DNA of 64,000 nt from Octopus vulgaris (lineage: Eukaryota): NCBI GenBank assembly GCA_951406725.2, contig OX597829.1, positions 9,920,001 through 9,984,000 of the forward strand. Direction: 5' to 3'. The translations under genes and the position numbers were made by a program. Position 1 is the first letter of the stretch. Each line of letters opens with the position of its first letter. Of the stretch, positions 14,660 to 27,501 are shown piece by piece. Under the pieces are notes generated by a model. The model worked only from the letters and a program-made list of their open reading frames with translations, ran no database searches and had not been told where the DNA came from.

Positions 14660-15200
14660 AATTAATGCCAGCTAAAGAATTCCTTATCAGTCTCTCAGTA
14701 ACTTACCCACCGTTATTAGATATAAAGTATCTCACGAACCAATTCTCTTGTTACACCATAATTAGTCAACTAGTTATCTGGAATATAAAATCTCGCCAAT
14801 TTCTTATCAGTTATACAATAATCTCTCCGTCTGCTGTTAGTCGCATATTAGAGGACATATTTGTTATAAGTTTCATAAGAACTCGCCATCAGATATAAAA
14901 GCTAACTCATTCTTATCAGATATACAGTATATAGGTATCATTTTTAAAATTCATGCAATAACTCAGGCTGTTATCAATCAATGTCTCACAATTATCAGTT
15001 GCAAAATAACTCACTGACTTATCATGAGTATATTCGATAGTTCAATCATCTGTTATTTACACAATACCTATCCAATAATATCATGTCTCTTGTACAACAG
15101 CTTACTAATAATTAGAATGTTTTACAACGGCTCATCTATAGTTATACAACAAATTATCCGCCAGTTATCAATTACGAAATAAATTATGCCTATCAAATTC
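14660..15200. repeat. Highly degenerate ~28-30-bp tandem array
   Basis: Recurrent TTATCAG.TATA.AATA..TC motifs. Confidence 0.5.
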
Positions 15201-16400
15201 TCTTGCAATACGCGATAGTTTAAACGCCAGAGCTTGGAGGCAACAACGGACACTTTAAATCTGTCCAATAACAACAGGATATCTGGATTACGACACACTG
15301 TTCAGAGATCACTGAGTACATTAACTATTGAGAATACTAATGATTGAGTACTTTTTGATTTGGTTCACTGAGCATATGCTACCTTGATAACTCAAGCAGG
15401 AGAGAAATAATAAGAACGATTCATTTAGTATGGCTGAATTTCAAGTAAACAACGTAATTTCTTTGATCACAGTTCGATACTTTTCTTTTATGCTCCTCTA
15501 AGTTCAGCAAATAAAAGGTGGTGCGGTATATTTAGAGGTGTGGATTGAATTTCGGTTTTGTTTAAACTGTTACAGCTCAGTAGGTGGGAAAATTTACATA
15601 AAAATGCAATTCTGAAGAGAAATGATTGAATTGGATCAGAGAGTGAGAGAATCAGTTGACTTAACGGGAAAAGAAATACATTCTATTCTTAAAAAGAAAA
15701 GGAACAAGAAATAGTAAATAGAAATCCAAAACACAAAACGCCAAAAATATAACATGGACTTATACCATCTTCAGAACACTGCCAATTCTCAATATGAAGT
15801 TAAGTAGTAATAGGATAGTGATGACTTTTGGTCTAGATTTAGAAGTCTAGAAAACGTCATGCTTTTTATTACTAAGAATCCGTTCTACAAATCATCGATA
15901 TAGACTGAGCCCCTTTCGCCACTCAAATATGACATTAACTATGATCATTGCATAAACGATGCAAAATGACTTCAACAACATCAAATATCTACGTGCGCCA
16001 TATTTGATTGTTATCGACGCCAACAAAGATTTCAACTCCATTTTCTGACACCTACTAATAGACAACATACCAAACACTTCCTTGAGAAATAGCACAACAA
16101 CACTGACTTACAAGTCAAGGTCAGAAAGTCTATGTAGAACAGAACAACGCGTCTGGAATCTGCAATTTCTAGACTGATATACCACGGCGAACCATGCTCT
16201 GACCTACATTTTGCCTGCACTCGTTCATTCTAATCTTTCAACACTGACTCATATTCAGATGTTATCATTATCCCATCCACCTACAGACACCCTACTTTGG
16301 GACATAGCTGGTCAATTATTCCGACCATACATAAATCTACAAGAAACCTGGCACTAGAAGCGACAGACTTAATGTAACATTACTAAATCTATTGTCCCTA

Positions 16401-16623
16401 TAGGATGTGGGCAAAAGTAGGAATACAGTTGATGAATATGATTAGAATATTCTTTTCAGTCCACTATTTCCTTTTTTAGAATAAGACCTGTATGATTCTG
16501 TTTTATTTAACTATCTTTTAAAGAACATAGAATCATAGAATTTTTATCCTAAAAATGAAGTCGGGAAGTGAAAAAAACATTCCAGTCATATAAAGAAACT
16601 GTATACCCCACTTTCTGTGCCCT
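16401..16623. mobile_element. Tc1/mariner-type MITE with degraded TIRs
   Basis: GGGCAAAAGTAGGAATACAGTT versus AACTGTATACCCCACTTTCTGTGCCC; TA flanks. Confidence 0.45.
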
Positions 16624-16718
16624 TATGGTATTTGCAAAGGGAGGTCACCTTTCCCTCGTCAACCTATGTGATACGCACGGACTGCAGTTTCTAGGTTATG
16701 ACCTGGTGGTGGTGATGT

Positions 16719-16754
<36 letters not shown>

Positions 16755-16764
16755 CGACAACAAC

Positions 16765-17275
16765 AACTGATTGGAAGTGTTATCATGTACATTGTTTTGC
16801 CTTGCTATAAAAGATGGGCTACAGCAAATATTCTGCTCAATACCACAGATTTGCTTGTCAGTTGTTTGACCTTAACCTGTTGAGCATGTACCTTAGTGGC
16901 TGATGATATGTGCATCTCTGATCACGAGCAGAAGTAGTGGGGGAGCATCATAGCCATGTGTTGAGAGGGATTCTTTGGAGTTTGAATAATTCACCTTTGG
17001 AAACATGGGTGGTTCGTTCAACATCCTTAAACAACCCTTATTCAGGGAGCTTTTGAGCGGGATGGGCTACTCGACCAGAAGAAAATTCTAACTGGGCCCC
17101 ACCTGCAAGATCATGCGCTATTTATCTTGATATGAGATCACCATGTCACGCACATATGGTTGTGATGCATGTGCCTGGTGTACCCTTGTCATGATGGGTA
17201 TGCTGGGCTTCGTATATTTATACTAGTGTATTTTACCCCAGTGTTACTTTGATGGCATGCACTGCTCTCTCACTC
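16765..17275. mobile_element. Non-coding interspersed repeat abutting (TAA)n, copy 1
   Basis: Highly similar to 63486-64000; ends directly in (AAT)n. Confidence 0.85.
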
Positions 17276-17500
<225 letters not shown>

Positions 17501-17502
<2 letters not shown>

Positions 17503-19800
17503 GGAATGCACAAAAAGCTGGCTGAAAACTTTAACAACAGAGCCAGAGACAATGCCTGAATGGCTCACGAAGGGGAAAACCGTCTTAATTCCCAAATCAA
17601 ATGAGACGGCAAAACCAGAAAACTACAGACCAATAACCTGTCTCCCTACAATGTACAAGGCATTTACTGCAGTGATATCGCAAAGGTTGAACAAGCACCT
17701 GGACGAAAACAAACTGTTTCCAGAAGAGCAGAAAGGATGCCGCAAAGGCTCACATGGCTGTAAAGATCAACTAATGATTAATAAAGCCATAACTGAAGAC
17801 AGCCACAGAAAGAGGAAAGGCCTCAGTATGGCCTGGATCGACTACAAAAATGCGTTTGATAGCATCCCCCACACATGGATCCTCGAAACACTAGCCATTA
17901 ACAAAGTAGCACCAACAATCATAAAATTCATAGGGCACTCTATGAATAAATGGCAAACAGTGCTACAGCTCCAAACAAAAGAGGGACTCATGAAAACAAA
18001 GACATCCCCATTAGAAGAGGAATATTCCAGGGAGACACGCTCTCTCCACTCCTTTTCTGCTTGGCACTGTCACCCCTATCTGATATGCTAAATAGAACTG
18101 GATGCGGATATAAATGTTACGGCAAAACGATCAGCCACCTTTTATATATGGATGACCTAAAACTATACGCTGCAAATGACAAACAGCTGGAAACACTATT
18201 AAAGACAGTTCATGGATTTACCAAAGAAATAGATATGAAATTTGGATTAGAAAAATGCGCCAAAGTAACCCTGAAAAGCGGAAAACTAGTTAAGAGTAGC
18301 AACATCACACTAGATAAAACCAATGAAATAAAAGAATTAGACCAAAGCCAAACTTACAAATACTTAGGAATCCATGACCCAAATAAGACACAACACACAC
18401 AAATGAAAGAGAAAATAAAAAAAGAATATTATAGACGAGTTAGATCAATACTAAAAACAGAGCTCAATGCTAAAAACAAGATAATAGGTATTAACACTTT
18501 AGCTGTCCCAGTTATAAGTTACAGCTACAATATCCTTAACTGGACACTAAATGAACTGACCAAAATAGATAGGAAAACAAGAAAAATAATGATAGGATCT
18601 AGGATGCATCACCCAAAATCTGACATAGAAAGACTATATATACAACGTATAGAAGGTGGCAGAGGCCTTATACAACTGGAAAACTACTATAAAATAACCA
18701 CCATAGGATTGCAAAAATATCTACTTCAAGAAGGAAGGAAAACTTATACAAATAGCGGCAAAACACGAGCAAAACAAAAAACTGTTCTCAGTATTTAAGG
18801 AAGCTGACAAATACAAACAAGAAATCATACCACCTAATAAATATGAAGAAGAAGAAGAAGAAGATGAAGAAACAACAAAAGCTATAAAACAAATGAAATC
18901 CAAACTAAAACTAGAACAGCAACGAACCATGATAAAACGATGGCAAGAAAAGCCCCTTCATGGTAAATACTGGACTAATCTAAACGCAAAAGAAATAGAC
19001 AAAGAAAAATCCCAGCAATGGTTGAGAAGCTCAGGACTCAAAGCAGAAACAGAGGGATTTTTAATTGCAGCACAAGACCAAAGCCTCCCCACCAGAAATT
19101 ACCAAAAACATGTAATGAAAAGAAATATTACAAGTAACTGCAGAATATGTGGAGATGGACAAGAAACAATAAATCATATTATCTCTAGCTGCCCAGTCCT
19201 GGCTAAGAAGGAATATATTCACAGACATGACAGAGTTGGAACCTACATACATTGGAAGCTATGCCAACATTATGGAATAACAACAGAAAAAAGATGGTAT
19301 AGGCACACACCAGAAAAGGTCACAGAAAACGAGAAAACAACCATACTCTGGGATATGCCGATACACACAGATAGAGAAATTAAGGCCAACAGACCAGGTA
19401 TAGGTGTCAAAGATCATGAAGAAAAAAATGCTTTCTAATTGATGTATCAATACCGGCGGATGACAACGTGTCTCTAAAAGAAATGGAGAAACTCTCAAAA
19501 TACAAAGACCTGGAAATAGAGGTAACCAGAATGTGGAATCTAAAAACAGAAACAATTCCTATCATAGTAGGTGCATTAGACATGATAAAAAATATTCAGA
19601 CAAATACATAACAAAAACACCAGGACTTACAAACACATATAACATACAGAAAATTGCACTACTAGGCACTGCACACATCCTACGCAGAACACTTTCCATA
19701 CAATAACCATCAGAGCATCACAACAAATCACAGCACATACCCAAGGCACACAGAGCTGCGCTCGGTAGTGAAGTGAAAGCACGCTATAAAAATAAAACTA

Positions 19801-19803
<3 letters not shown>
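17501..19803 (+). mobile_element. 5'-truncated R4/Dong-clade non-LTR retrotransposon (RT + CCHC + restriction-like endonuclease) inserted in (TAA)n
   Basis: NYRPITCL, WIDYKNAFDS, GIFQGDTLSP, YMDD, GGRGL, AAQDQ, CRICG..ETINHIISSC, RHD, ILWD. (TAA)n on both flanks, the established Dong target. Confidence 0.93.
17552..19706 (+). pseudogene. Frameshifted RT-RLE ORF of the R4/Dong element
   Basis: Split across 17552-18091, 17950-18798, 18893-19438 and downstream frames; the endonuclease PD motif reads PG. Confidence 0.88.
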
Positions 19804-19831
<28 letters not shown>

Positions 19832-19841
19832 TAAAATGATT

Positions 19842-20048
19842 TCAATTTGTGGCACATGGTCAGAAATTTCGGGGGTGGGAGTGTGTCGATTACATCGACC
19901 CCAGTAATTAACTGATACTTTATTTTTCGACCTGGAAAGAATGAAAGGCAAAGTCAACCTTGGTGGAATTTGAACTCAGAACTTAAGGACGGGCGAAATA
20001 GCAGTATTTCGCCCGGTAGGCTTAAGAAATCCGTCATCTCGCCGCCTT
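19842..20048 (-). mobile_element. tRNA-derived SINE (second family)
   Basis: Minus strand AAGGCGGCGAGATG...GTTCTGAGTTCAAATTCC...TTTGCCTTTCAT...GGGGTCGAT. Confidence 0.7.
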
Positions 20049-20054
20049 AATGAT

Positions 20055-20416
20055 AACAAAAGACCTCAGATAGCGCAAACCTCCACCAAGGCAACACCAA
20101 CGTCCTCTCAACGATTAGCCAGAGAGGATTTTTAAAATGAGAATATCTGAAATAAACTTGACTGCTCTCACAAAATAGAATACTAAAAATGAACCCGACC
20201 GTTCAAAAAATTTTAATAAAAAAAAACAAAGCTGGAAAAATAATCCAGAATCATTATCTGGTACCGGATCGATCCCAAAATCTAATCAGTCACGAAGCCA
20301 AATATCCCTGAAAGTTTCATCCGAATCCATCCAGTGGTTCTTGAGATATTTTGTCCACGGACAAACAAACAAACACGACCGAAAACAATACCTCCACCTT
20401 AGGGAAAGCAGGTATA
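20055..20416 (+). mobile_element. Helentron-associated non-autonomous element (HINE/DINE-like)
   Basis: AACAAAAG start, repeated ACCTCCACC subterminal motif, (AAAC)n microsatellite and 3' hairpin. Confidence 0.55.
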
Positions 20417-20496
20417 ATAATCTTTGCAAAAACAAATGGATACGCAAGTATAATATATCAACAAACTTTATCGAATAGCTTATATCGGGTTTGTGC

Positions 20497-20545
<49 letters not shown>

Positions 20546-20716
20546 TTAAAAATGAGATAGGGGTTGAAAAATTCAACCCACCATGGGATAACATATATCC
20601 AATATACTGCTAGATAGGTACCCAACAAGACTAATACATAGATGTTAAAAATTGCCAAGCAATTAGTTCATCTATTGTATTATATGGGCAAAGGTAATAA
20701 TATTACCGTAAATTAA

Positions 20717-20868
20717 TACTACAAAATTAGAAAATGGAGAAACATACTTAAATCAATAAAACATCAACTATCAGATGATACCCAATCAATACTTTATTAC
20801 ACCATTACATATCAGTAAAGGCATTATACAAAATATATAGTAAATATAAATAGACAAGGAAATAGAAA
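20717..20868. repeat. pLTR segment; inverted copy at 25509-25660
   Basis: Reverse-complement match with about one mismatch. Confidence 0.93.
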
Positions 20869-20904
20869 TATAAAATATAAAATATAATATGTAATTATAT
20901 CATA

Positions 20905-21014
20905 TCTGACAGCTGTTTCGGCAGTAAGGGCAGTCATACCTCATCTAACCTATAAGCCATAAAGGCATGTATAAATGAGGCATTAACAAGGATGCCCCAC
21001 GGCCTCTTCAGAGA
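20905..21014 (-). ncRNA. Type I hammerhead ribozyme with long stem II insertion
   Basis: UCU-CUGAAGA-GGC[...]GCC-GAAA-CAGCUG-UC/AGA. Intact core, palindromic stem/loop III, GUC triplet; predicted cut between 20908 and 20907. Confidence 0.85.
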
Positions 21015-23206
21015 ATTTAATTTGTTATAATTGTGAAAAAATTATTTTTTCATATACATATAAATATAAAAATATAAAAATGTAAAATATAAAAACTTGT
21101 GCATAAACTCCATAATGCTACACATATATAATACTCATTGATACAATAATGCAAGGTAAACAAAACAAAATAAAACAAAATATATATCAGTGTATATATT
21201 AATATTAATAAGCACAGTTATTTTACATATTTGGCTAATAGTTCTAAAAACTAACACATAGGGAGATGTATGCGCACTACTATTTAAATTAAAATCATAC
21301 CTATACCTGAAAATAATAATAAAAAATAATTAAAAAAATAATAAAAAAACATAGTTCAGTTCATAAAATTATAAACCTATAAAAGTCAATATAAATTACT
21401 ATTAATATTAATAATAATAATAATAATAGCTACAGTTAAGTTTGCACCAAGTCCATCCATTCAAAATCGAAATAACTATGAGTTTAGTTTTTCCGTCCGC
21501 TTGATATTGATTATTCTAGATGGATTCGATTGGCTTGTAGTTTGAAATTTGAATCACAAAAGAAATTTTACGGTTGGTTAGTCAAGAAACGCAAATACGC
21601 ACACGCACATCCACAGATCAATCGCACATTCATACATAATTATATGTATACACACACACATACACTTATACACATACACATCCACAAGCAACCTCTAGCA
21701 TAAAGAAAAATAAAAAGGGGAGCAACTATACTGTCATCTAGTCTATCAAAATTATAACTATGCCTCAAATAACAAAAAAGATCCACTCATATTTCCATAA
21801 AATATTTATTTCAAAGATTTATATATTTATATATCAATATATCACGATGTCGGATGTTATTTCACTTGGTACCTTCTGTATTTAACACCGGTTTTTATCA
21901 ATGTCAACATAACGGTTACTAGATTTACCGTAATTAGTTATGATTCATGTACGCTAAGTTATAAAGTATAGATTAATTTTTATATTATAAATATATATCA
22001 CTTTTTTACTTATTAAATTCTATGCCATTATAAACAAGATTAGGCATTAAATAATAACAACCTGGGGACTCACTAATGCAATCGTATATAAGAAAATCAC
22101 AGAAATTAAAAGATTGTAAATACTTAAGTTAAAATGTGATAAAATAAATAAGAAGAAATAATTACGATTACACACATAATATAAGTACAAACCAGTATAT
22201 ATGTATTCATATATTATTAAGAAATAAATGATTGATATGTATGTATAAATCTACACTTATATAAGTAAATAAAAAATAAATAAATAAAAAAATAAATAAA
22301 TAATTAGATGACTTGATATGTATGTATAAATCTACACTTAAATAAGTAAGTAAATAAATAAATAAATAAATAAGTAGATGCCTAAATGAGTAGATAGATA
22401 CACTAGAGAACAAATTCAGATAAATGCATAGGTGCAGGTACACCTAATATATAGTAATGCTAATATGCATATATCCACATATACATAAAAGAGTATAAAT
22501 GTAAATCAATAACATAAAATAAAGTGAAGATATATATTGAAGAAAGTACCAATATAAACTTAGTATACAGGCTAATACCATGAAAGTTTATACCTGTAAA
22601 TAGTGAGTAAAAAATTGGATAGATGGATAATTTAATGTACAGATCCAGAAGACTATAAATATAGACTAAATATATAAGGCTGGTAATATTTATAAAGTCT
22701 AATGTTTGTAAATGAAAAGGTTTATTAGTAAATAGCATAAGATACAAATTAAGGTGAGTACAAAGAAAGACCAAATATACAATATAAACCTGCCAAATAA
22801 ACACATACAAAAAACCTGGATTCTCAACCTAAACAAAACAAACTCCCAAATGGCTCTCATATATTGCACAATAGTATTACATTATCTAGAGCTAGGTAAC
22901 TAACCAAGATATTCATATACACTATGCAATATTAGAAAACTTCGAGAATCACATATTACAAGGCAAATACCAAAATGAATGTGTTATTACTTGTCATAGT
23001 GCATTTCCCTTAAAAACAAGACAAAAACCCACATACAAAAAACAAAAAAACAATTAATACTGGACACATCCATTATTATACATGTGTAGCTACAAAATTA
23101 TATAAAATTATAAATTTATAAGATGCATGCTTTAGAATTATAGAAGACCACTAGTATAGTTAGTTACAGAAGGGAGTTAAAAAATTATTAATAGAAAATC
23201 TAAGTT

Positions 23207-25276
23207 CTATCTGAATCTAGAGAAGGTGAACGGTAGTTTATGAATGCAAAAAAAGTTTTTTTCATTTATGTTGTTAATAATATGCCTACCCGCTTTAATA
23301 ATGAAAAAAATTTCATTAATACATAGAGAGCATTTTTTATTTTTTCCATTATACACAGGTGCTGAAGTTAGTATTTTCCAATTTAATCTAAAATCTAAGT
23401 TCTTACTTTTGAGTTCCCAAATGTATGCACTTAACCCTGTAGAGTACATTCTATTTTTATTTCTAAAAGTATATCTGTGATAATTCAGTCTCTGTTTCAT
23501 GCTATTCATAGTTGCTCCGATATACACCCTACTACTAATTTGTGTATCCACAGTGCATTGGTAAACTACCTCCTTCCTGAGGCATTGATTACCAAACACA
23601 CATTTATTTCTGTTTCTGAAATTACAATTATTAACAGGTTGAGGTAATCTAAGATTAGTCCCCAATCCTGTACCACCATTCACATTAGAAGTGTTACAAT
23701 TGTTAACATCATCCAAACCCAAAATCAACGAATGAGTTAATTTAACTTTATTGGCGATATTCCTATCACTAGTACTAGTATTGGTAGTAGTAGTATCATC
23801 TATTAAATTTATATTAACCCTAGCAGGTACGGTACGCTCATAATTTGTAAGAGGGTTGTTCCCGTTAGTTCCAAAAAAGTTTCTGTTCCTATTATTAAAG
23901 AGGGGCAAATTTCCATTATCTAAATTCAACTTTCTATCTTTATAGAAGTAATCCAGTTTCCTGTTATTAAAAGAGGAGATAATGGTGGCTAGATTATGAG
24001 TAAGGCTATATCCTACTCTAACATTACCATTGTTAATTAAATGACTAAATTTATTCCTATCCTTACCAAAATGCCTAAATATTACATTATGCAAAGCTCT
24101 AACTATGTCTGTTTTAATCTGCATTGCATATGGGATAATCAGCCAGAGTGTATCCTTATCAGAATTAGGATTGCCTATCGAATTATTGTTTTTTGTAAAA
24201 ATCCTATTCCTAGACAAACCCATATGTTTACTATCCTTACCATTGTCATTGTTATATCTATCCATACCAATATTCCCATGATTATTACGCAAGTAAACTT
24301 TACCATTATCATATCTACCATAGGTTTTTATATGTATATTATTAATATTACTACTATTACCCGTTTGCTCAGATCTATTTGAGCTACCGTTCACTGTTCC
24401 GAGGTTAACATCACCTCTATAATTACTATAGGCGTTATCATATATTCTATTTTTTCTATTCTTATATTTATTATTGTTTATCCTAAATCTATTGGCGTTG
24501 TTCCTAATAATTCCACCTCCATTTGGAGGGTTCCCCTTGGGTATATACCATATTTTACTATTGTATCCTGCTTTTAGCAATGCTGCATTGTATCTATCAC
24601 AATGCTTGTTAAAAATTTCCTCGTTAGAGGATAAACAAGAAATTCTCTGACTAATGCTACGCACTAGTGCACTTTTAATTTGAGGAGGGTGATTGCTTGA
24701 ACGGTTTATATATATTAGGTTAGAATTGGGTTTAATATAAGGTTCATGTAATCCATTAGTTATGTTACAATTAACATCTAAATAATTAGCAGAATAGTCT
24801 TCACTTTCAATGATAATGGATAGGCCGAAACTTTTTAAAAATTTATTTATTCTTTTTTTCAGAAGATCCAATCTCCTATTAGATGTATTCTTAACACAAA
24901 ATAGAGCGTCATCCCTGTATAATCCACCTTTTAATTCAGGGAATTCCCTACTAAAGTTATCTAATAGATACATCCCTACTAGATCAGTCACTTCCGCCGA
25001 GTCCGGCGATCCCATGGTGATGTCGAACAAGTTGGGTGTGTCCTTTCTAGCCCAAAGTTTATTATCAAACTCTATTAAAGTTTTCCTGGCTGTTAATATA
25101 ACCTTGATCTCCCCCATACTTAATTTAGTGTATTTTCTATCAAAAATTAAAGCCTTATTTAATATAATAGGGTTAATGGAAGTGTAATAATTCTGTATAT
25201 CAAATTGCATGAATTTACTTCTATTATAACTATTGTTGTTGTTGTCACAGACCTTAATGGCAGAAAACCAATCCAA
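23207..25276 (-). CDS. PLE reverse transcriptase-GIY-YIG endonuclease (689 aa). Open frame extends to ~25484; 5' truncated. Possibly Nematis-like (tentative).
   Basis: FDIQNYY, MGSPDSAE, LYRDD, NYLD, SNHPP; VVYQC...VYIGAT...KQRLNYH...CSLCINE. Upstream ITLKDHK...RLICP in the same frame. Confidence 0.9.
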   Translation of the reverse strand: MDWFSAIKVCDNNNNSYNRSKFMQFDIQNYYTSINPIILNKALIFDRKYTKLSMGEIKVILTARKTLIEFDNKLWARKDTPNLFDITMGSPDSAEVTDLVGMYLLDNFSREFPELKGGLYRDDALFCVKNTSNRRLDLLKKRINKFLKSFGLSIIIESEDYSANYLDVNCNITNGLHEPYIKPNSNLIYINRSSNHPPQIKSALVRSISQRISCLSSNEEIFNKHCDRYNAALLKAGYNSKIWYIPKGNPPNGGGIIRNNANRFRINNNKYKNRKNRIYDNAYSNYRGDVNLGTVNGSSNRSEQTGNSSNINNIHIKTYGRYDNGKVYLRNNHGNIGMDRYNNDNGKDSKHMGLSRNRIFTKNNNSIGNPNSDKDTLWLIIPYAMQIKTDIVRALHNVIFRHFGKDRNKFSHLINNGNVRVGYSLTHNLATIISSFNNRKLDYFYKDRKLNLDNGNLPLFNNRNRNFFGTNGNNPLTNYERTVPARVNINLIDDTTTTNTSTSDRNIANKVKLTHSLILGLDDVNNCNTSNVNGGTGLGTNLRLPQPVNNCNFRNRNKCVFGNQCLRKEVVYQCTVDTQISSRVYIGATMNSMKQRLNYHRYTFRNKNRMYSTGLSAYIWELKSKNLDFRLNWKILTSAPVYNGKNKKCSLCINEIFFIIKAGRHIINNINEKNFFCIHKLPFTFSRFR

Positions 25277-25508
25277 AGCACCCTGAGTATTCTTCCAAAG
25301 GTTTAGTTTAATTTTACTGCGAATAATGGGTAGATATTTATCTAGGATGAGTTTGCTTAGTCTGCCTAAGTCAGACTTGGTGGGGCAAATTAATCTGACC
25401 TGTGTGTTTCCAAGAAAGTTCTCTTTATGATCCTTTAGTGTGATTATCGGTCTGGTTGGGGGTATATGGTTCTGTTTTTTCTTCTAGGTAGTAGTCCAAT
25501 ATTATTTC

Positions 25509-25659
25509 TTTCTATTTCCTTGTCTATTTATATTTACTATATATTTTGTATAATGCCTTTACTGATATGTAATGGTGTAATAAAGTATTGATTGGGTATC
25601 GTCTGATAGTTGATGTTTTATTGATTTAAGTATGTTTCTCCATTTTCTAATTTTGTAGT

Positions 25660-25660
<1 letters not shown>
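25509..25660. repeat. Inverted partial pLTR at the 5' truncation point
   Basis: Reverse complement of 20717-20868. Confidence 0.93.
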
Positions 25661-25726
<66 letters not shown>

Positions 25727-25830
25727 CTGTATACATATGACTTAACTAATTCTAATGATATGATTTTAATATATATACCTCACTATATATCTAACAGTAA
25801 TGGCCTTTAGACATGCATACATACATACAT

Positions 25831-25862
<32 letters not shown>

Positions 25863-25907
25863 ATATATATATATATATAAAGATATACTTATAAAGATAT
25901 ACTTATA

Positions 25908-26085
25908 CCGTTGCCGTTCATCGGACAGTTTTTGCCAGCAAAAACTGTCCGATGAACGGCAACGGAAAATCAGAATAACAGGTTTTGTTGAATTTTCTGC
26001 TGTTTTAAATAAAGCATATTACTCTACCACTGGTATTTGAGTACTCTTTTTCCCACCTTATTTCACATTTATGTGTTTACTCCGG
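25908..26085 (+). mobile_element. Fold-back HHR mini-element, family A, copy 1 (28-bp arms)
   Basis: Arms 25908-25935 / 25938-25965; core CCGATGA; same family as 49452-49688 and 42071-42174. Confidence 0.8.
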
Positions 26086-26155
26086 TATATATATATATAT
26101 ATCGGAGTACATATATATATATACATATATATATATACATATATATACATACATA

Positions 26156-26230
<75 letters not shown>

Positions 26231-26273
26231 CGGCGATAATAATTAATTTTATTGTATCGCATTTGACTTTGTT

Positions 26274-26331
<58 letters not shown>

Positions 26332-27018
26332 ACACCAACTTTCTTCTCTCAGCCTCTCAATCTTCTTAAATATATAGACTCTCTCTCATTCTCTCCTTAT
26401 CTTCTCTCAGCCGCTCAATCTTTTGCATAACCTCCTCTCTTTCATTTCTTTCTCTCTCTGTCTCTTCACTTCTCTCCCTCACGCCTCTTTCTTTGTCTCT
26501 TCACTTCTCCACTTCTCTCTGTCACACCATCTTTCCTCTCTCAGCCTCTCCCAATGTTTCTAAATATATAGACGCGAACTTGCTCCTCTCACTCTCTCCT
26601 ACTCTCTTCTTATCTTCTCTCAGCTCTCAATCTCTCTAAATACATAGACACTTTCTTTCTCTATTTCTTCTCTACCCTCTATCGCACTATTAAATTTTAA
26701 ATTTAAATATAATTAGATAGACAAATAAGTAAAATATTCAAAATGTCCAGAACCTGGAGAAGTAACGAATTGGCGTTGTTCCTAAGAGCCTGACAATGCG
26801 CCGACGGAGATAATCCGAACAAGATAATTACAGCTGCGCTGAAGAGCAGTGGATATAAAAAGACGACAGCACAGATAGAGCGAAAGAAGCAGGAGTTTAT
26901 ACGCTCCTATGCACTCATAAGATCTCACATTGGCACGCTTGATGCCATCTTTCACAACGAACAAAGTAAAGATGGCAAGGATGGAGGCGCGGGTACTGAT
27001 GAAAGATGTCAACCGCAC

Positions 27019-27501
27019 TTGGTAGACACCCAGGACAGCAACAAAGAAGATTCAGGTGAGAAACCTGTCCGGGAAGTAAACCCAAGTGCAAGTGCTCCTA
27101 CCAGCACCAAAAGCCAAAGCCAAAACCATGGAGATGAAAGAGCCAAAAAAGAAATAAAACGAGGAAAAACTAAAAGAAAAACAAAAAATGAAACAGCTAA
27201 AGAAGGAAAATCTAAAACTCAAACAAAGCCAAAAGATGAAACAGCCAAGGATAGAAGCAAACCTGACTATCCATGTACCAAAAAGGATAGAAACAGACAG
27301 CGCACACTAACGTGTAAATTCCACCTGAAAGTTGTCTGCTGGCATGGAGAGGAAGGTGCAGTTTGCCGTTTTGCACATCAAAGACTCTGTCACATAAACA
27401 CGAAACAGGTCAGAAACCAACTATCAAAAGTAAAAGGAATGAACCACGCACCTGCTCCAAAACGGAGGTACGCAGATGTGGTACGTGCTACAAACCGCTA
27501 A
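27019..27501 (+). pseudogene. LINE ORF1 remnant with CCCH-type zinc finger
   Basis: CKFHLKVVCWHGEEGAVCRFAH, located upstream of the APE domain. Confidence 0.7.

Larger units (their letters stand above)
20544..25660 (-). mobile_element. 5'-truncated Penelope-like element with long 3' region, HHR and inverted partial pLTR, inserted in (TA)n
   Basis: RT + GIY-YIG ORF; 152-bp inverted repeat 20717-20868 / 25509-25660; (TA)n on both flanks. Confidence 0.92.

Noticed and set aside
14660-15200. CRISPR-like repeat-spacer array
   Set aside because: Repeats are not identical, there are no unique spacers or cas genes, and the context is eukaryotic.
24041-25187. Plus-strand ORFs within the PLE
   Set aside because: Antisense shadows of the RT ORF.
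23207-25276. Telomerase or bacterial retron/group II intron RT
   Set aside because: The C-terminal GIY-YIG domain, pLTR inversion and HHR identify it as a Penelope-like element.
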